NCBI RefSeq assembly: GCF_030144855.1
Contig: NC_082730.1
Span: forward strand, 4,216,001-4,280,000
Source of the DNA: Hypanus sabinus
Taxonomy: Eukaryota
Direction of reading: 5' to 3'
DNA length: 64,000 nucleotides
Shown: piece by piece, positions 25,481 to 40,100 of the stretch
How positions within the stretch are numbered: position 1 is the first letter of the stretch
Layout: each line of letters opens with the position of its first letter
Notes under the pieces: model-generated
Told to the model about the DNA's origin: nothing
Database searches by the model: none
Seen by the model: only the letters and a program-made list of their open reading frames with translations
Translations under genes and position numbers: made by a program

Positions 25481-26469
25481 AAAACCAGGATGAAATTAGG
25501 TTTGCTGGAGTTGTGAGACAGCAGAACTTCCTGCTGCCCGTCTGTATGTGATTTCTCTCTTAACTTCAGAGACAACTGGACTCCAGCACCATTTTCTGTT
25601 TCACAACCTCAAACACTTCCCGCCACCATGTTACAACTTTGCAAGTCTTTCATCAAGGTCCCACACACCTCAAGCTGCTGAAACCCTTCATTCGTATTCT
25701 TGTTGATCAATCTGTTGTGTTTTGTTGTCACTGGATTTGCTTCATCTGACTGACCTGTGCCAGACTCGCACTGGATCTGGCACAAGGCCACAAACAGTAT
25801 TAATTTATTGCTCTTGCCCCATGTCACTTCCTTTGTTCAACACTGTTCATCCAAACATGCAGCTCAGTCTTCGTCAGGTCACACAGGCTGTTTTTTTGAT
25901 AAGCCTGTCAGTCTGACAAAATCAAAAAGAGCTGTTTATTTGGAAATGATCGCTCATTTATCAGATTGTCGATCTCACTGCATCTACTTATCGCTGCTCT
26001 GATCTAACCATCCCCAGGGGGGAGCCAGCTCACAAAATGGTGGCTGTAGAGAACACACATAAAATGGCAGCCTCCATTCCTTCCACTACAAGAATGTATT
26101 TGCTTTTACTGCTTCCCCTGTCCCTGGCTCTTTCGGTGTTCTATAGTTTTTTAATCCCTTCATCACTGACAATCCACAGGATCAGCATTCAATCCCTCAC
26201 TTTGTTGTACGAAAGCTTCAGAATTCGGGGAGATGAGATTGTTTGGTCAGGTAGGCAGAGGAAGAGGCAAATGGAGAATAGAATGGAGTTTGTGTTGGAT
26301 CAATGTAAATTGATGTTCTCTATTTGGAGGCTTTGTCGTCTGATCCTACACTCCTCCACCATAACAAACATCCTCTCTGTTGAGGTCTTTTAGCATTCGA
26401 TAGGTTTTACTGCTTCCCCTGTCCCTGGCTCATTCCGTGTTTTACATTCCTCCTCATATGCTCTAAAGA

Positions 26470-26830
26470 TGAACTGTAGAATACTTGAAAGTGAGTCCAT
26501 AGGTTGTGGAATCAATTCAGAGTTGCAGTGTGAGAAGTTACCCACGCTGGTTCAGGAGTCTGATGTATAACTGTTCCTGAAACTGGTGGTGTGGAACCTG
26601 AGATCCATACCTCTGTTCCAACAGCAGCAATAAAAGCAGATTATGGACTGGATGGTAGGTGTCCCTGATGATGCATGTTTGCTTTCTTGTAGCAGTGCTC
26701 CTTGAGATCTGCTTAGTGGTTGGGAGGGATTTTCTTGTGATGGACTGGACCGTATCCACCACTTCATGTTGGCTTTTCTGTTCCTTTGATCAGGACTGTG
26801 GTGATGAGATAAAACTTCAGTCAGAGTTTC
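26470..26830 (-). mobile_element. Rex1/Babar-like 3' fragment
   Basis: VDTVQSITRKSLPT..IIRDTYHP..LLLLL..Y C-terminal motif. Confidence 0.65.
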
Positions 26831-26899
26831 ATTGAACGGGGGCAGGGACGAGGGTCCAAAAATCCTCCTGCTCTTATTGTTCTTATTTGGTGTGAGGTG

Positions 26900-27082
26900 A
26901 CATTCTGACATCAGTCAGTCCGCATTTGACGTCGAGCGCTGTGGCTTTCTGCCTGTGATCACACCTCTGTATTTCACCTTTTGCACAACACGTACTTTCT
27001 TGTCGACTGCTCCTCACAACATACTGACTAGGAGGGGAAGCTTTGTTCGGTCCATCAGCATCTATACTGTTCTGTGAGAACA
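26900..27082 (+). promoter_or_regulatory. Candidate TATA-less promoter of gene B
   Basis: Unique sequence with local CpGs, CRE-like TGACGTC (26927-26933) and a GGGGAA ETS-like site immediately upstream of the leader ATG. Confidence 0.4.
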
Positions 27083-27137
27083 ATGAACACCAGGCATCTG
27101 CTGATCTCCTGCTGGCTAACTCTCTGTGCCTCACGCT
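27083..27137 (+). CDS. Signal-peptide (leader) exon, assigned to gene B
   Basis: acaATG AAC...; [18 protein letters not shown] + T|GTAAGT (strong donor, phase 1). Joins the V exon to give ...CASRSGTA|VPP. Confidence 0.72.
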
Positions 27138-30100
27138 GTAAGTTTGATTCAGAGCAAGTCTTTGTCTTTTAAAATCCTTCTCTTCAGGTTCTCTGTTAAT
27201 TTCTGGACTGGGGCATTTCTGGGTCCCACAATACCAGAGCAAGGAGAGTGTATGCTGGTCACAATGAAGCACGGGTTTGATATAGAGAGCAAAAAAAGCT
27301 TGGTTACTGGTGGGCATTGGGACAGAGGATTGGCGCATTCTGTAGCCATAGACACATCTTGCTGCTAATTCTGTAAATGAAGCTTGAGAAAAAAGTATCA
27401 GTTGTTCATGGGATTGGGAAGGATTTATCAGGGATGTGGAACCCAGGAACTGGGATCTGATCCAGAGATGTTTCCAGGAAAAGTTCATGATGGGGAATCG
27501 TTGTAGGAATGATGGTTGGGGGGGGGGGACACTGAATGCAGAAAGAGAGGGGAAATTGTTAACAGTCATCTAACATTTTGGGATCTGAATGCTGGTTTCC
27601 TCTCTCTCTCTGTTAACAGAGTGTCGATCTGTCAATAGCCCAAATCACAGAACCGGACATACAATCAGTGAGAGAGAATGATGAGGAAAATCCTGATATC
27701 ATTGTCAGAAGCAGTTGTTAACCTGAAGAATGAGTCTTTTCTTTTTCAATCTTTTTATTAAGTTTCAAATTAGTAAACATAACAATAATGATAATGATAC
27801 AAAGAGGTCGGGATTACATTAATAACGGTTAACATGTACAAACACAGATTCCAAATAACAAATGTAGTTTAGCCTCCCAATCTCTTAGTAAATGCCCATG
27901 AAAAAAAAATTGATAAAGAGAGAATAAAAACCATAAACTAAAAAAAACTGAACTAAAAAAACAAAGATTGGACTGCCATATTTCATTGGCTAAAATTATA
28001 ATTTGTTGTTAACTCTGCTCCTCTATACCTGAGCAAAATATTAATAAAAATGGATTCAGAAAGGCTCAACTTACATCATATGAAAACAAATGGCCTCCAA
28101 GTTTCTTCAAATTTAACCAAAGGATCCACAGAACTGCTCCTAATTTTTTCCAAGTTTAAACATGCTATCATTTGGTAAAATCATTGAAATGTGGTAGGGG
28201 GATTGGAATCTTTCCATTTAAGTAAAATGTTTTTTCTGACTATTAATGTAACAAATGCAATTAAATGACAAGCTGATGAGGTTAAATGATTGTAGTCTAT
28301 CACTGGTAATCCAAAAATTGCAGTAATCGGATGAGTTTGTAAATCAACCCACAGAACTACTGAAATAATATCAAAAATATCTTTCCAGTATTTTCCTCAA
28401 AGAAGGCAAGAACAGAACATAAGTGTCAAGGAAGCTACTTCAGAATTATATCTATCGCAAACAGGATTTATTTGGCAGTAAAAGTGAGCTAGCTTATCCT
28501 TGGACATATGAGCCCTATGAACCACCTTAAATTGTATCAAAGTGTGTCTGGCACACATTGAGGAAGTATTAACTAGTTGAAAAATTTTCTCCCATTTCTC
28601 TGTAGATAAAGATAATTGAAGTTTTCTTTCCCACTCATTCTTAATTTTATCAGAAGTACTTAAGTGTATTTTTATAATTAAATCATAAATAAATGCTATT
28701 AAACTCTTCTGATATGGATTTAAACTTAATTTTTTTTCTGTAACTTCAATTTGATGTGATATCTGAACGGTACCTAAAGTAGCGTTCAGAAAGTTTCTAA
28801 TCTGTAAATATCTGAAAAAGTGTGATGTAGGCAAATTATATTTATTACACAATAAATGAAACATGAAACAATCATCCATGAATAAATCACTAAAACATGT
28901 TATTCTCTTTGTTTTCCATAAAATAAAAGCTTAATTAATTCTTGATGGTTGAAAGAAAAATATAGATATAATAGAACTTGGCAGGATAAATTTATTCAAT
29001 CCAAAAAATTTACAAAATTGTAACCATATTCATATTGTATGTTTGATTATTGGCTTCTCATTTGTTTATTCAATTTAGTAAGTGCAAAGGGAAGCGCAGC
29101 TCCTAAAATAGAAGCCCATGAAAACACCTGTGCAGACTCCCACTCGAGGTTCATCCATCGTGGATATTGAGTTTCATCCAACTCTTGTGTCTGAAACATT
29201 AATTTTGAATATTAATTGCCCAATAATAAAATCTAAGATTTGACAAAACCAAACGCCTTCCTGTTTTGATTTCTGTAAATATTTCTTACTTAACATAGGA
29301 TTTCTTTTCTGCCATATATATGAAGAAATTTTAGAATCAATAATATCAAAAATGATTTAGGGATGAAAATTGATACTACCTGAAATAGATATAGAAATTT
29401 AGGTAAAATAATCATCTTCATAGCATTAATTCAACCAATCAAAGATAGGGACAATGGGGACAATTTAGTAAACAGTTGTTTAACTTGATCAATTAAGGGT
29501 AAAAATGTGATTTTAAATAGAACCTTATACTTCTTAGTAATTTTAACACCCAAATAAATAAAATATTCAGTAACCAATCTAAATGGTGATTGCATATAAA
29601 TTGGAACCTGCATATTTAATGGGGAAAACACATTCTTATTAAGATTCAATTTATGACCAGAAAATCTACTAAACTGAGCAAGTAGTGTTATTACTGCAGG
29701 AATGGGTATCTCTGGGTACAACATATGTAGTAATAGGTCAACTGCATGTAATGATACTTTATGCATCCCATTCTTACAATTAATGCCAAATATATTGGGT
29801 GAATCAAGAAGAGTGACTGCCAAGGGCTCCAGGGCAATATCGAATAGTAAAGGGCTTAAAGGACAACCCTGTCTCGTACCTCAAAAAAGCCTACAAAAGG
29901 GGGATCTCTGATTATTGGTAAATACAGCAGTCAAGGGTGTATGATATATCAATTGAATCTAAGGTAGAAATTTTGGGCTAAAATTAAATTTCTCCAGTAT
30001 ATTAAATAAATATTCCCATTCAAGTCTGTCAAATGTCTTCTCGGCATTAAGCGAAATAACGCATTCTGCAGTATTAGATAAAGTGGTGTATATAATGTTC

Positions 30101-33100
30101 ATTAAACTCCTAACATTAAAATGTGAATAACAATTTTTAATAAATCCTGTCCGATCCTCAGAGACAATTTGTGGCAATATCTTCTGTAATCAACTTGCTA
30201 ATATTTTGGAAAAGATTTTAGAATCAACATTCAACAAAGATATAGGTCTGTATGATGCATATTCATATCTTTGTCTTTTTTAGGAACTAAAGAAATAGAT
30301 GCTTCATAAAAGGATTGTGGTCATTTACCTACAAATAAAGCATATTTAAAAATTCTGCATAACAAAGCAGAATGTAAATCTGAAAAATAATATAAAAATT
30401 CATCTGTATACCTATCCAGACTTTACCAGAGTTCATTGAAAAAATTGCTTTTTTTATTTCCTCTTCAGTAATGGGTGCAGCTAATGGGTTAATCAGCTGG
30501 TAATTTTGGAATATTCAGTTTCCTTAAAAATTCATGCATTATGGTAGGATCATCAGGAAATTCTGATTGGTATAAATTGGTATAAAATGCTTGAAAAGAT
30601 TTATTAATTTCATTGCGGTCAACCGTCAAAATACCATGCTGTCTATGAACTTTATTCATCTGACGTTTCACCAAAGCAGCCTTCATTTGGTTAGCCAATG
30701 ATATACTTGATTTATCACCATGTATATAAAATTGACTCTTAGTTTTAAGTAATTGATTTTCAATTGAGGATGTTAATAACAAACTATGTCGCATCTGAAG
30801 TTCACCTCTCTCTTTATAAAGCTCCAGATTGGGAGCAATAGAATATTTTTTATTAATTTCTTTAACCTTATCAAGCAATGTATATATTTCACTATTAATC
30901 CATGTTTTCAATCCATCAGAGTATGAAATAATTTGCCCACAGATATATACTCTTAAGGTACAGGTGTCCCCCGTTTTTCAAATGTTCACTTTATGTCAAC
31001 TCGCTGTTTCAAAAGACCTACATTAGTTACCTGTTTTCACTGACAGAAGGTGCTTTCAATGTTAAGAGAAAAGGCAGCGCATACCCTGTGCAGCCAAGCT
31101 ACTCCCCCAGAAATGCATTCTCGCCAGCATTGCTTAAATGCGTGCCTGTGAGCATCTGTGCTTAATGTCAATTTATTTTCTACATCGGTTAGCAATATGA
31201 GTTCTAAGGTATCAGAAAAGTCTAAAAGAGTGCATAAGGGTGTTACACTTAGTGTAAAACTAGAAAATTAAGCATTTCGATTGTTGTGAACAAAATAAGG
31301 ATATAGTGAGTTTGGCTAAGGGCTTGTGGAAGTTGACGAAGATGATATTGAAGGGGTTTTGGCTTCCCATGACCAAGAACTGAGAGATGAAGAGCAGATG
31401 AAGAGGAAAAGATAACAATTGAAACCGAACACAGTAGCAAAGTAGTGAAGTCATCCAGGAACTGAACATGAAGCAATAATGTGAGACTTTTATTGCGATT
31501 GGCAATGCTGCAATGGTTGCAGAAAAGTACGACTTTAATTTTTAAAAGGTACGTAGGTTTAGGGCATATTTGCTGGATGGTTTGAGTGCTTATGCAAATT
31601 TATGATGAAGGTCAACAGATGCTTGATGCTCCAATTAACGAGCATGAAATTCAGAAAGCTATTTCATCAATGCAATCAGGTAAAGCTCCCAGACTTGATG
31701 GTTCTTCGGTGGGATTGGTCAAAAAAATTGAAAGATTAGTTTCTCCGTATCTTTTGGAAATATTTCATGAATCCTTTGAGAAAGGTAATTTACATTCTTC
31801 TTTTTATGAAGCATCTATAGCCTTAATTCTTAAAAAAGATAAAGATGCCGTTGAATGCTCATCACATAGACCTATTTCGCTATTAAATGTGGATGCAAAA
31901 ATTCTTTCTAAAATAATGGCTAACAACTTGGAAACTTTTTAAATTAAAATTATCTCTATGGGCCAGATGGGCTTTATTAAAGACTGTTACTCTTTCTCTA
32001 ATGTTTGGAGATTGATGAACATTATTTATTCACCATTATCTAAGCAACCTCAATGTGTTATCTCTCTTGATGCAGAAAAGGCATTCGATAGAGTTGAGTG
32101 GCCATACTTGTTCACAGTATTAGAAAAATTTGGTTTTGGTAAAAATTTTAATAGATGGATTCAAATGATCTATAAGAACCCTATTGCCATGGTCATTACT
32201 AGCAAATACAGGTCTTCTTTCTTTTCACTTTCTCATGGTACTAGACAGGGACGTACATTAAGCCCTTTATTATTTAATCTTGTATTGGAACCTTTAGCTA
32301 TAACATTATGGGAGGCCAAAAACATTCATGGTATTTCTATAAATGGAACCATACATAAGATTTCTCTTTATGCAGATGATCTTTTGATTTTTATTTCAAA
32401 TCTTGAGGAATCAATTCCTAATCTTTTGGAAACACCTAAAGATTTTGGAAAATTTTCAGGATACCAACTTAGTTTGAATAAAAGTGAATTGTTTCATTAA
32501 ATACTCCTGTTAGTATATATAATTATATTCCTTTTAGAATTGTTAATACATTTAGATATTTAGGTATTATAATTACGAAAAAATATAAAGATCTTTATAA
32601 AGCTAATATAGTTCCTCTAATACACTCCATGAAATTACTATTTTCTAGATGGAATCCACTTTCCCTTTCTTTAGTAGGTCATATCCATGCTGTTAAAATT
32701 ATGATTTTATCTAGATTTTTAGATATTTTCCAAAATATACCTATCTTTTTAACTAAAAAAATTTTGATCAAATTGACTCTCCTATTTCTTCCTTTATTTG
32801 GAACAATAAGGGACCAAGAACTAACAAATACCATTTACAAAAACCCAAAAAAGATGATGGACTTACACTTCCTAATTTAAGACTGTCTTATTGGGCTGTG
32901 AATATTAGATAATTATGTTTTTGGTTATATTGGCTTGATAAGAGCCAAAAATCACTTTGGGTTGATTTGGAATTGAAAGCTGTTAAACAATTTCATTTAA
33001 CTTCAATATTAAGAGCTCCATTACCTTTACAGCTCTCTAAAATTACAAATTTAAATTTTTCCCAGTTATTAAACAATCTTTACAGATTTGGATTCAGTTT

Positions 33101-34114
33101 TGTAATTTTTTAAATTTTAAACAATTTAAGTTGTCTAGTTTTCTATATCAAAACTTTTCATTTGAATCTTTAATAACCGACCCCATTTTTCTCCAATGGA
33201 AAAATAAATGGATCCTTTCTTTACATATTTATTTAGTGATGGTCAATTGATGACTTTTGAAGAATTAATTAACAACTACCCTCTCGCTCATACACATTTT
33301 TGCAATATTTTCAGTTTAGACATTTTTTACAACAGTATTTACCTAAGTTTCCATATTTACAAGAATCTGATTTGTTGCATACCATTTTGAAATTGAATCC
33401 CATAGTGAAAGGTTCCATTAGTAGAATTTATAATTTATTTTTGTTACGAAAGTAGAACCTATCACTAAAGATTAAACAAGATTGGGAGAGAGAACTTAAT
33501 ATGACCTTTGTGAATGAAGATTGGGTTCGAATTTTGAAAAACGTAAATTCTTCTTGTATATGTGCCAATCACTGTTTAATTCAATTTAAAATTGTCCATT
33601 GTTATTATTTAACAAAGGACAGACTATCTGAAATATTTCCTAGTGTAGATAATTACTGTGATAGATATAAAACTGAAGTAGCTACTTCGTCACATATGTT
33701 CTGGTCATGTTCTTCATTTAAACTGTTTTGGAAATCTTTATTGTCTACAATCTCTAAACTTTGAAAATAAATTTACAACCTAACAGACTAACTGTTCTAT
33801 TTGGAATAGTTCTGTATCATATTCAGCATATTTCATCTTCAGATCAACATGTAATTGCATTTGTTACATTGTTGGCAAGAAGAGCTATTTTATTAAAATA
33901 AAAAGATGTCTCTTCCCTGACATTAATTGAATGGATTTCTCAAGTAATGTTATGTCTCAGCTTGGAAAAAGTTAAAAGTAGAACTTTCACACCTCGATTT
34001 GATTTTGAGAGCAGATGGGGTTCTTTTGCCAATTATTACCATTTAATTTGAATTATTCTATATATGGTTTCCTTCCAATTTTATTTTTTTAAAATGTGAA
34101 TTGAAGGCTGATGA

Positions 34115-34149
<35 letters not shown>

Positions 34150-37100
34150 AGATAATAGTTAAATGTATTACTTCCAGAGTTGATTCCTAATGGGGTTTTC
34201 TTTGTAGTTAATGTTTTTTTTTTCTTAGTTAGATGGGGTTCTTTTTTTTCCCTTCTTTTTTCTATATATAATTTTTTTTAATTTCTATATATTATGATTA
34301 GTTTTTTTCTTCAGCTTTATTAATTGTATACTAATCAATTTGTTGAAGTTTTGTATTATTCAATAGTTGCAGAATATTATGTATTAATAAAATGATTCTA
34401 AAAATGAAAATGAAAATGAAACTGTATGATAGAAAAATGTGTGAGGCTAAGTGGTCAAGCATACTGTCATTTTTCAAGCCTTCCACATCAGCCAGAGCAG
34501 ACAATGAAACTCGACCTTCGACAACGAGGCAGGCAGATTTTGACGAAGTTGACCGACCTGTCCTGGAGGAAACAGACGGCGATGAGATGACATCCCTGTC
34601 TCCCACCACCCCAAGCTCTGACGACTCAGCCAAACACACCAGTGTGCTCATTGTATTCCCAATTCTGATAAGGGGAATTACACTGTACATACATTATTTC
34701 TACTTTATATAGGCTGTGTATTTTTATGTGTTACTTGGTAGCTTCATAGCTTAAAGATTACTGGAAAGAGTGTGTCTGCCGGGAGCGCTTGTGCCATGTG
34801 TTTTTGCTGCAAGAGCAGCCGAGAATGCTTGCGTGAGATTTTCGCTGCGGTGGACAGGCTGCAATAATTGCAGAGAAGTATTCCTACATTATATAGGCTG
34901 TGTATTTATCAGATCATTCCTGCTTTTACTATATGTTACTGTTATTTTAGGTTTTATGTGTTATTTGGCATGATTTGGTAGGTTATTTTTTGGGTCTGCG
35001 AATGCTCACAAATTTTTCCCATATAAATAAATGGTAATTGCTTCTTCACTTTACGACATTCCAGCAAACAAACAATTTCATAGGAACTCTCTACCTTCGA
35101 ATCGCGGGGGAAACCTGAATCCCATAATATCCCACTGGAAATTTCTTCCATTGAGATAGTTGAAAAGACAAAATGCAATCTTTTCTTTAATGAAATTATC
35201 AAAATTTAAATCATGAAGCAAAATGGAGTTGAACCGCCATTATCTAGTACTAAAAGTTACATCAAATAATTTAATTGATAATTCAAAGGCGCATCTTCGG
35301 AAATGGCGATTGTATCACACTCACAGGCAGTGACAGATGAAAATAATCGAGATTCAATAAATAAGTAATCAATTCTACAGGAATTATGATATACCGGAGA
35401 AAAGAAAGGTTACTCTTTATCATTGGGATTTAAAAGCTCCGAATTTCTAAAATTCCTGCGTCAACTAAAAAGGAATTAATAAAAGTAGCAGATTTGTTTG
35501 GAAGTACCTGATTTGGTGCAGACCTATCCATCATAGGGTTCAGAAAACAATTAAAATCTCTGCCCATTATTAACATATATTCATTTAAATTGGGAAGAGA
35601 TACAAATAAATGCTTAGATAATTGAGGATAGACAGTATTTGGTGCATAAACAGACAGACAGACAGACATACTTTATTGATCCCGAGGGAAATTGGGTTTC
35701 ATTACAGCTGCACCAACCAAGAATAGTGAAGAAATATAGCAATATAAAACCATAAATAATTAAATATTAATAAGTTATTCATGCCAAGTGCAAATAAAGT
35801 CCAGGACCAGTCTATTGGCTTAGGAGGTCTGACATTCGAGGGAGGAGTTGTAAAGTTTGATGCCCACAGGTAGGAATGACTTCCTATGACGCTTAGTGTT
35901 ACATCTTGGTGGAATGAATCTCTGGCTGAATGTACTCCTGTGCCTAACCAGCACATTCTGGACCAATATTAACCAAAACTACTTTTTGGTTATAAAGTAA
36001 ACCAGTAGTTAATAGCAATCTACCATATGGGTCTGAGATTGTCTCATAATGATCAAATGAGATCGATGAGTCTAAATAAAAATGGATATGCCTTTCGCTT
36101 TGGTTGAAGAATTAGAATGAAACTGTTGCACTTTCCAAAACCTAAAAACTTCTGATTATTATCCTTACTCACATGAGACTCCTGCGCAAAAATAATCAGA
36201 GCATTTGATCTATGAAAAACTTTTAAAATCTTCTTCTGTTTAATTGGGTGATTCAAACCATTCGTGTTCCATGAAACAAAGTTAATAATATTATCCATTT
36301 TCTTTAAATAAATGATATAGTATGTAAAGGATTAACCATATTGCATTGGAAACTTATGAATCAGGAAGAGGGAAAAAAGTTTAAAGAGGAACCAGAAGTT
36401 ACGACAATACAGACATTTTTGTAGTTTCAAATCAGCCCAAATGAAAAATACTGAAATAAAAATAGCTCCCCCCTACTGCGACAAAGACCCAAAACCTGGC
36501 CAATAGAAAGCCAGGGAACTACCTAAGAAGCTCCTTACCTCCATCTCTCTTGATGGCAAATCTCCAGATTTAAAAAAAAACACCCATAGTCAAAACATTG
36601 CAAAAGGAATGCCAAACACAAGTTAAGAAAAAAAAAACAGCCATTTGCAGACCATTTCAAAAGACAAGGTCTTAAAAAATGAAGTAGAATACAATCTTAA
36701 TAATATTTCAAGAAAAAACAAATGATCATCAAGCCAGAGTCTTAATAACTTTCTAAAGAGAACAATTAAAAATAAAAAAGGAAAATAATAAAGGAAAAAG
36801 AAAGGAACTTTAACATAGAAACATAATAAACCTCCGCACGCCAAAGCAAGGTACTAGAAGAATCAGCACAAGGGCAAAGTTCTACAAACTTAAAATGTTC
36901 GAATCTATAGACTAGTTATTAACTAATAAACCAGCTACATACAAACATAAAGGAACGGTAAATGTATTAAACATCTGAGCTCAAACAATGCTCCTCGAGA
37001 AATTGTTGTGTGTCATCTATGGATTTAAATCACTTAAACAATTTATCAGGCAGAACAACCCTTAAACGAATGGGGTATAGCAGAGCCGGTCGGAAATTCC

Positions 37101-40100
37101 TTTGATATAATTCTGACATCACCGATTTGAAAGTCAAGCTTTCTTGCATTGCCTCAGGACAATAATCTTTAACCAGATGAAACTTATGATTTTGATGTAA
37201 AATAATTCCTTTCTGACTAGTAATTCAAATTAAGCGCTCTTTAGTACTCACATAGTGAAATCGAAGAATCACAGGGCACGGTTTTAACTCTTTCAACAGT
37301 TTTGGTCTTAAATCCCGATGGTTATGGTCGAGTACCAGAGAAGAAGTAAAGACCACCGAGCCAAAGGCCTCCATTAAGAACTGAGAAAAAATTTTAGTAA
37401 GGTCCCTGCTCTCAACGTCTTCACTGAGTCCTATTATTCACAAGTTCTGTCTGCGACTACGACTCTCCAAATCAATAACCTTGACTTTATACTGCTCCAA
37501 TGTATGAGCAGCTGAGGTTAGTTTCTTTTCCAAAGAATTCAGTCTGGAATCTCTGTTTTCCAGCTTCACTAAGCTCTGAAATTTGATGTTGCTGTTTTTC
37601 GTCCTCCTTTTTGAGTACTGCCAGTTTACCTTCATTCTCCTTTAACATTACTTTCAAAGCACAGAATCTCTTATCAAGTTTTTCATCCAAAAGATTGGAG
37701 ACAGCCAGCAAAGTGAGTTGAGGCTGTTTAGGTTGTTCGAAGACACCTTCTTTCTTCCCATTTCCATTACCTTGCCTTGGGCTAATGCCTTTCTTCCTTA
37801 GTAGTCATTTACGGCGATTAACATTCAGAATTCAAACATATAAAGCCATTAAAACACTTTGATATAGATAATAAAATGGTAGTAAGGAAATTGAAAAATG
37901 ACCGGAGCAGAGCCAAAATGTGACCTAGTCCATCTAGCGCCACCAATAGAATCCAGAATGAGTCATAAGTCTGAGGATTGAGATTGATTACGAACACAGC
38001 AAAGGGTAACAGAAATATTGTTGAAGAAAGCAAAAATGGAAAATTGAAGGATATTAAGAACAGACTGTGAGAGCCAAAATCAGAAAATGAAACAAACATA
38101 GCAGCAGGTACAACTGTAGTTTCCTTACAGACAGAGGTTGGTCTTTGCATTGGGGAATAAGGACCAACGACATAGGCAGGAAGAGGGATGAGGTCCTGAA
38201 GTGTGAGTTTCGGGAACTAGGCAGAAGGCTGAAGAACAGGACCTCAAGGGTGGTGTTCTCAGGATAGCTGCCAGTGCTGCGTGATAGTGATGGTAAGAAT
38301 TGGAGAAGATGGCAGTTGAATGCGTGGCTGAGGAGTTGGTGCAGAGGGCAGGGTTTTACCTTTTTGGATCATTGGGATCTCTTCTGGGGAAGGTGGGACC
38401 TGCAGAGATTGGATGGGTTGCACGTGAACTCAAGGGGGAGCAATATCCTTGCAGGTAGGTTTGCTTGCATGGTTCAGGAGGGTTTAAACTAATTTGCAAG
38501 GGGGCTAGGACCCGCAGCGATTGAGCAGTGAAAGAAGTGCATGGAGCAGCACCAGATCTAGCATATAGAGAGGATTTGAGGACAGAGAAACAGAAGAAAG
38601 GGTGTAAAGGTAGTAAGGTAGAAGGGCTAAAGTGTGTACTTCAATGCCAGAAACATCAGGAACAAAGGTGATGAACTGAGAGCTTGGGTACATACAATAG
38701 TGGTCATTACGGAGACTTGGCTGGCACCAGGGCAGGAATGGATTCTCAAAATTCCTGGATCTCAGTGCTTTAAAAGGGACAGAGAGGGGGGGAAAGGGGA
38801 GAAGGGGTGGCATTACTGGTCAGGGTTACTATTACAGCTGCAGAAAGGGTGGGTAATGTAGCAGGATCTTCTTTTGATTCAGTATGGGTGTAAGTCAGAA
38901 CAGGAAGGGAGCAGTTTGTCACAGTATGTTGACAAGTCGACTAGGGGGAATTCCATACTAGATCTAGTATTTGGTATCGAACCGGGTCAGGTCACTGATC
39001 TCTCAGTGGGTGAGCATCTGGGGGAGAGTGATCACCGCTCGCTGGCCTTTAGTACTATCATGGAAAAGGATAGAATCAGAGAAGACAGGAAAATTTTTAA
39101 GTGGGAAAGGGCAAATTATGAGGATATAAGGCTAGAAGTTGTGGGTGTGAATGAGATGATGTTTTTGCAGGGAAATTTACTATGGACATGGTCGATGCTT
39201 AAGGATCTCTTGCAGGATATTAGGGAAAAATTTGTCCCGATGAGGAAGATAAAGATTGGTAGGGTGAAGGAACCATGGGTGACAAGTGAAGTGGAATATC
39301 TAGTTCGGTGGAAGAAGGCAGCATACATGGGGTTTAGGAAGCAAGGATCAGATGGGCCTATTGAGGAATATAGGGTAGCAAGAAAGGAGCTTAAGAAGGG
39401 GCTGAGAAGAGCAAGAAGGGGGCATGAGAAGTCCTTAGCGAGTAGGGTAAAGGAAAACCCCAAGGCATTCTTCAATTATGTGAAGAAGAAAAGGATGACA
39501 GGAGTGAAGGTAGGGCTGATTAGAGATAAAAGTGGGAAGATGTGCCTGGAGGCTGTGGAAGTGAGCAAGGTCCTCAATGAATACTTCTCTTTGGTATTCA
39601 CCACTGAGAGGGAACTTGATGACGGTGAGGACAATATGAGTGAGGTTGATATTCTGGAGCATGTTGATATTTAGGGAGAGGAGGTGTTGGAGTTGTTAAA
39701 ATACATTTTGATGGATAAGTCCCCGGGGTCTGACAGAATATTCCCCAGGCTGCTCCACGAGGCAGGGGAAGAGATTGCTGAACCGCTGGCTAGGATTTTG
39801 ATGTCCTGGTTGTCCACGGAAATGGTACTGGAGGACTGGATGGAGGCGAATGTTGTCCCTTTGTTCAAAAAAGGTAGTAGGGATAGTCCAGGTAATTATA
39901 GACCAGTGAGCCTTATGTCTGTAGTGGGAAAGCTGTTGGAAAAGATTCTTAGAGATAGGATTTATGGGCATTTAGAGAATCATGGTCTAATCAGGGACAG
40001 TCAGCATGGCTTTGTGAAGGGCAGATTGTGCCTAACAAGCCTGATAGATTTCTTTGAGGAGTTCAACAGGCATATAGATGAGGGTAGAACAGTGCATGTG

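Larger units (their letters stand above)
27737..37954 (-). mobile_element. Full-length L1 LINE (about 5.8 kb after removing inserts) with 10-bp TSD
   Basis: TSD agaatgagtc at 27727-27736 and 37955-37964; T-rich tail at 27737; ORF1 RRQNL; EN N-terminus [14 protein letters not shown]; [16 protein letters not shown]. Confidence 0.93.

Noticed and set aside
27188-27270. Acceptor 50 nt after the leader donor as exon 2
   Set aside because: The intron would be too short, and the product hits a stop after about 26 codons with no Ig features.
26883-27569. 228-aa antisense ORF over the leader exon
   Set aside because: No domain features; likely a chance ORF.
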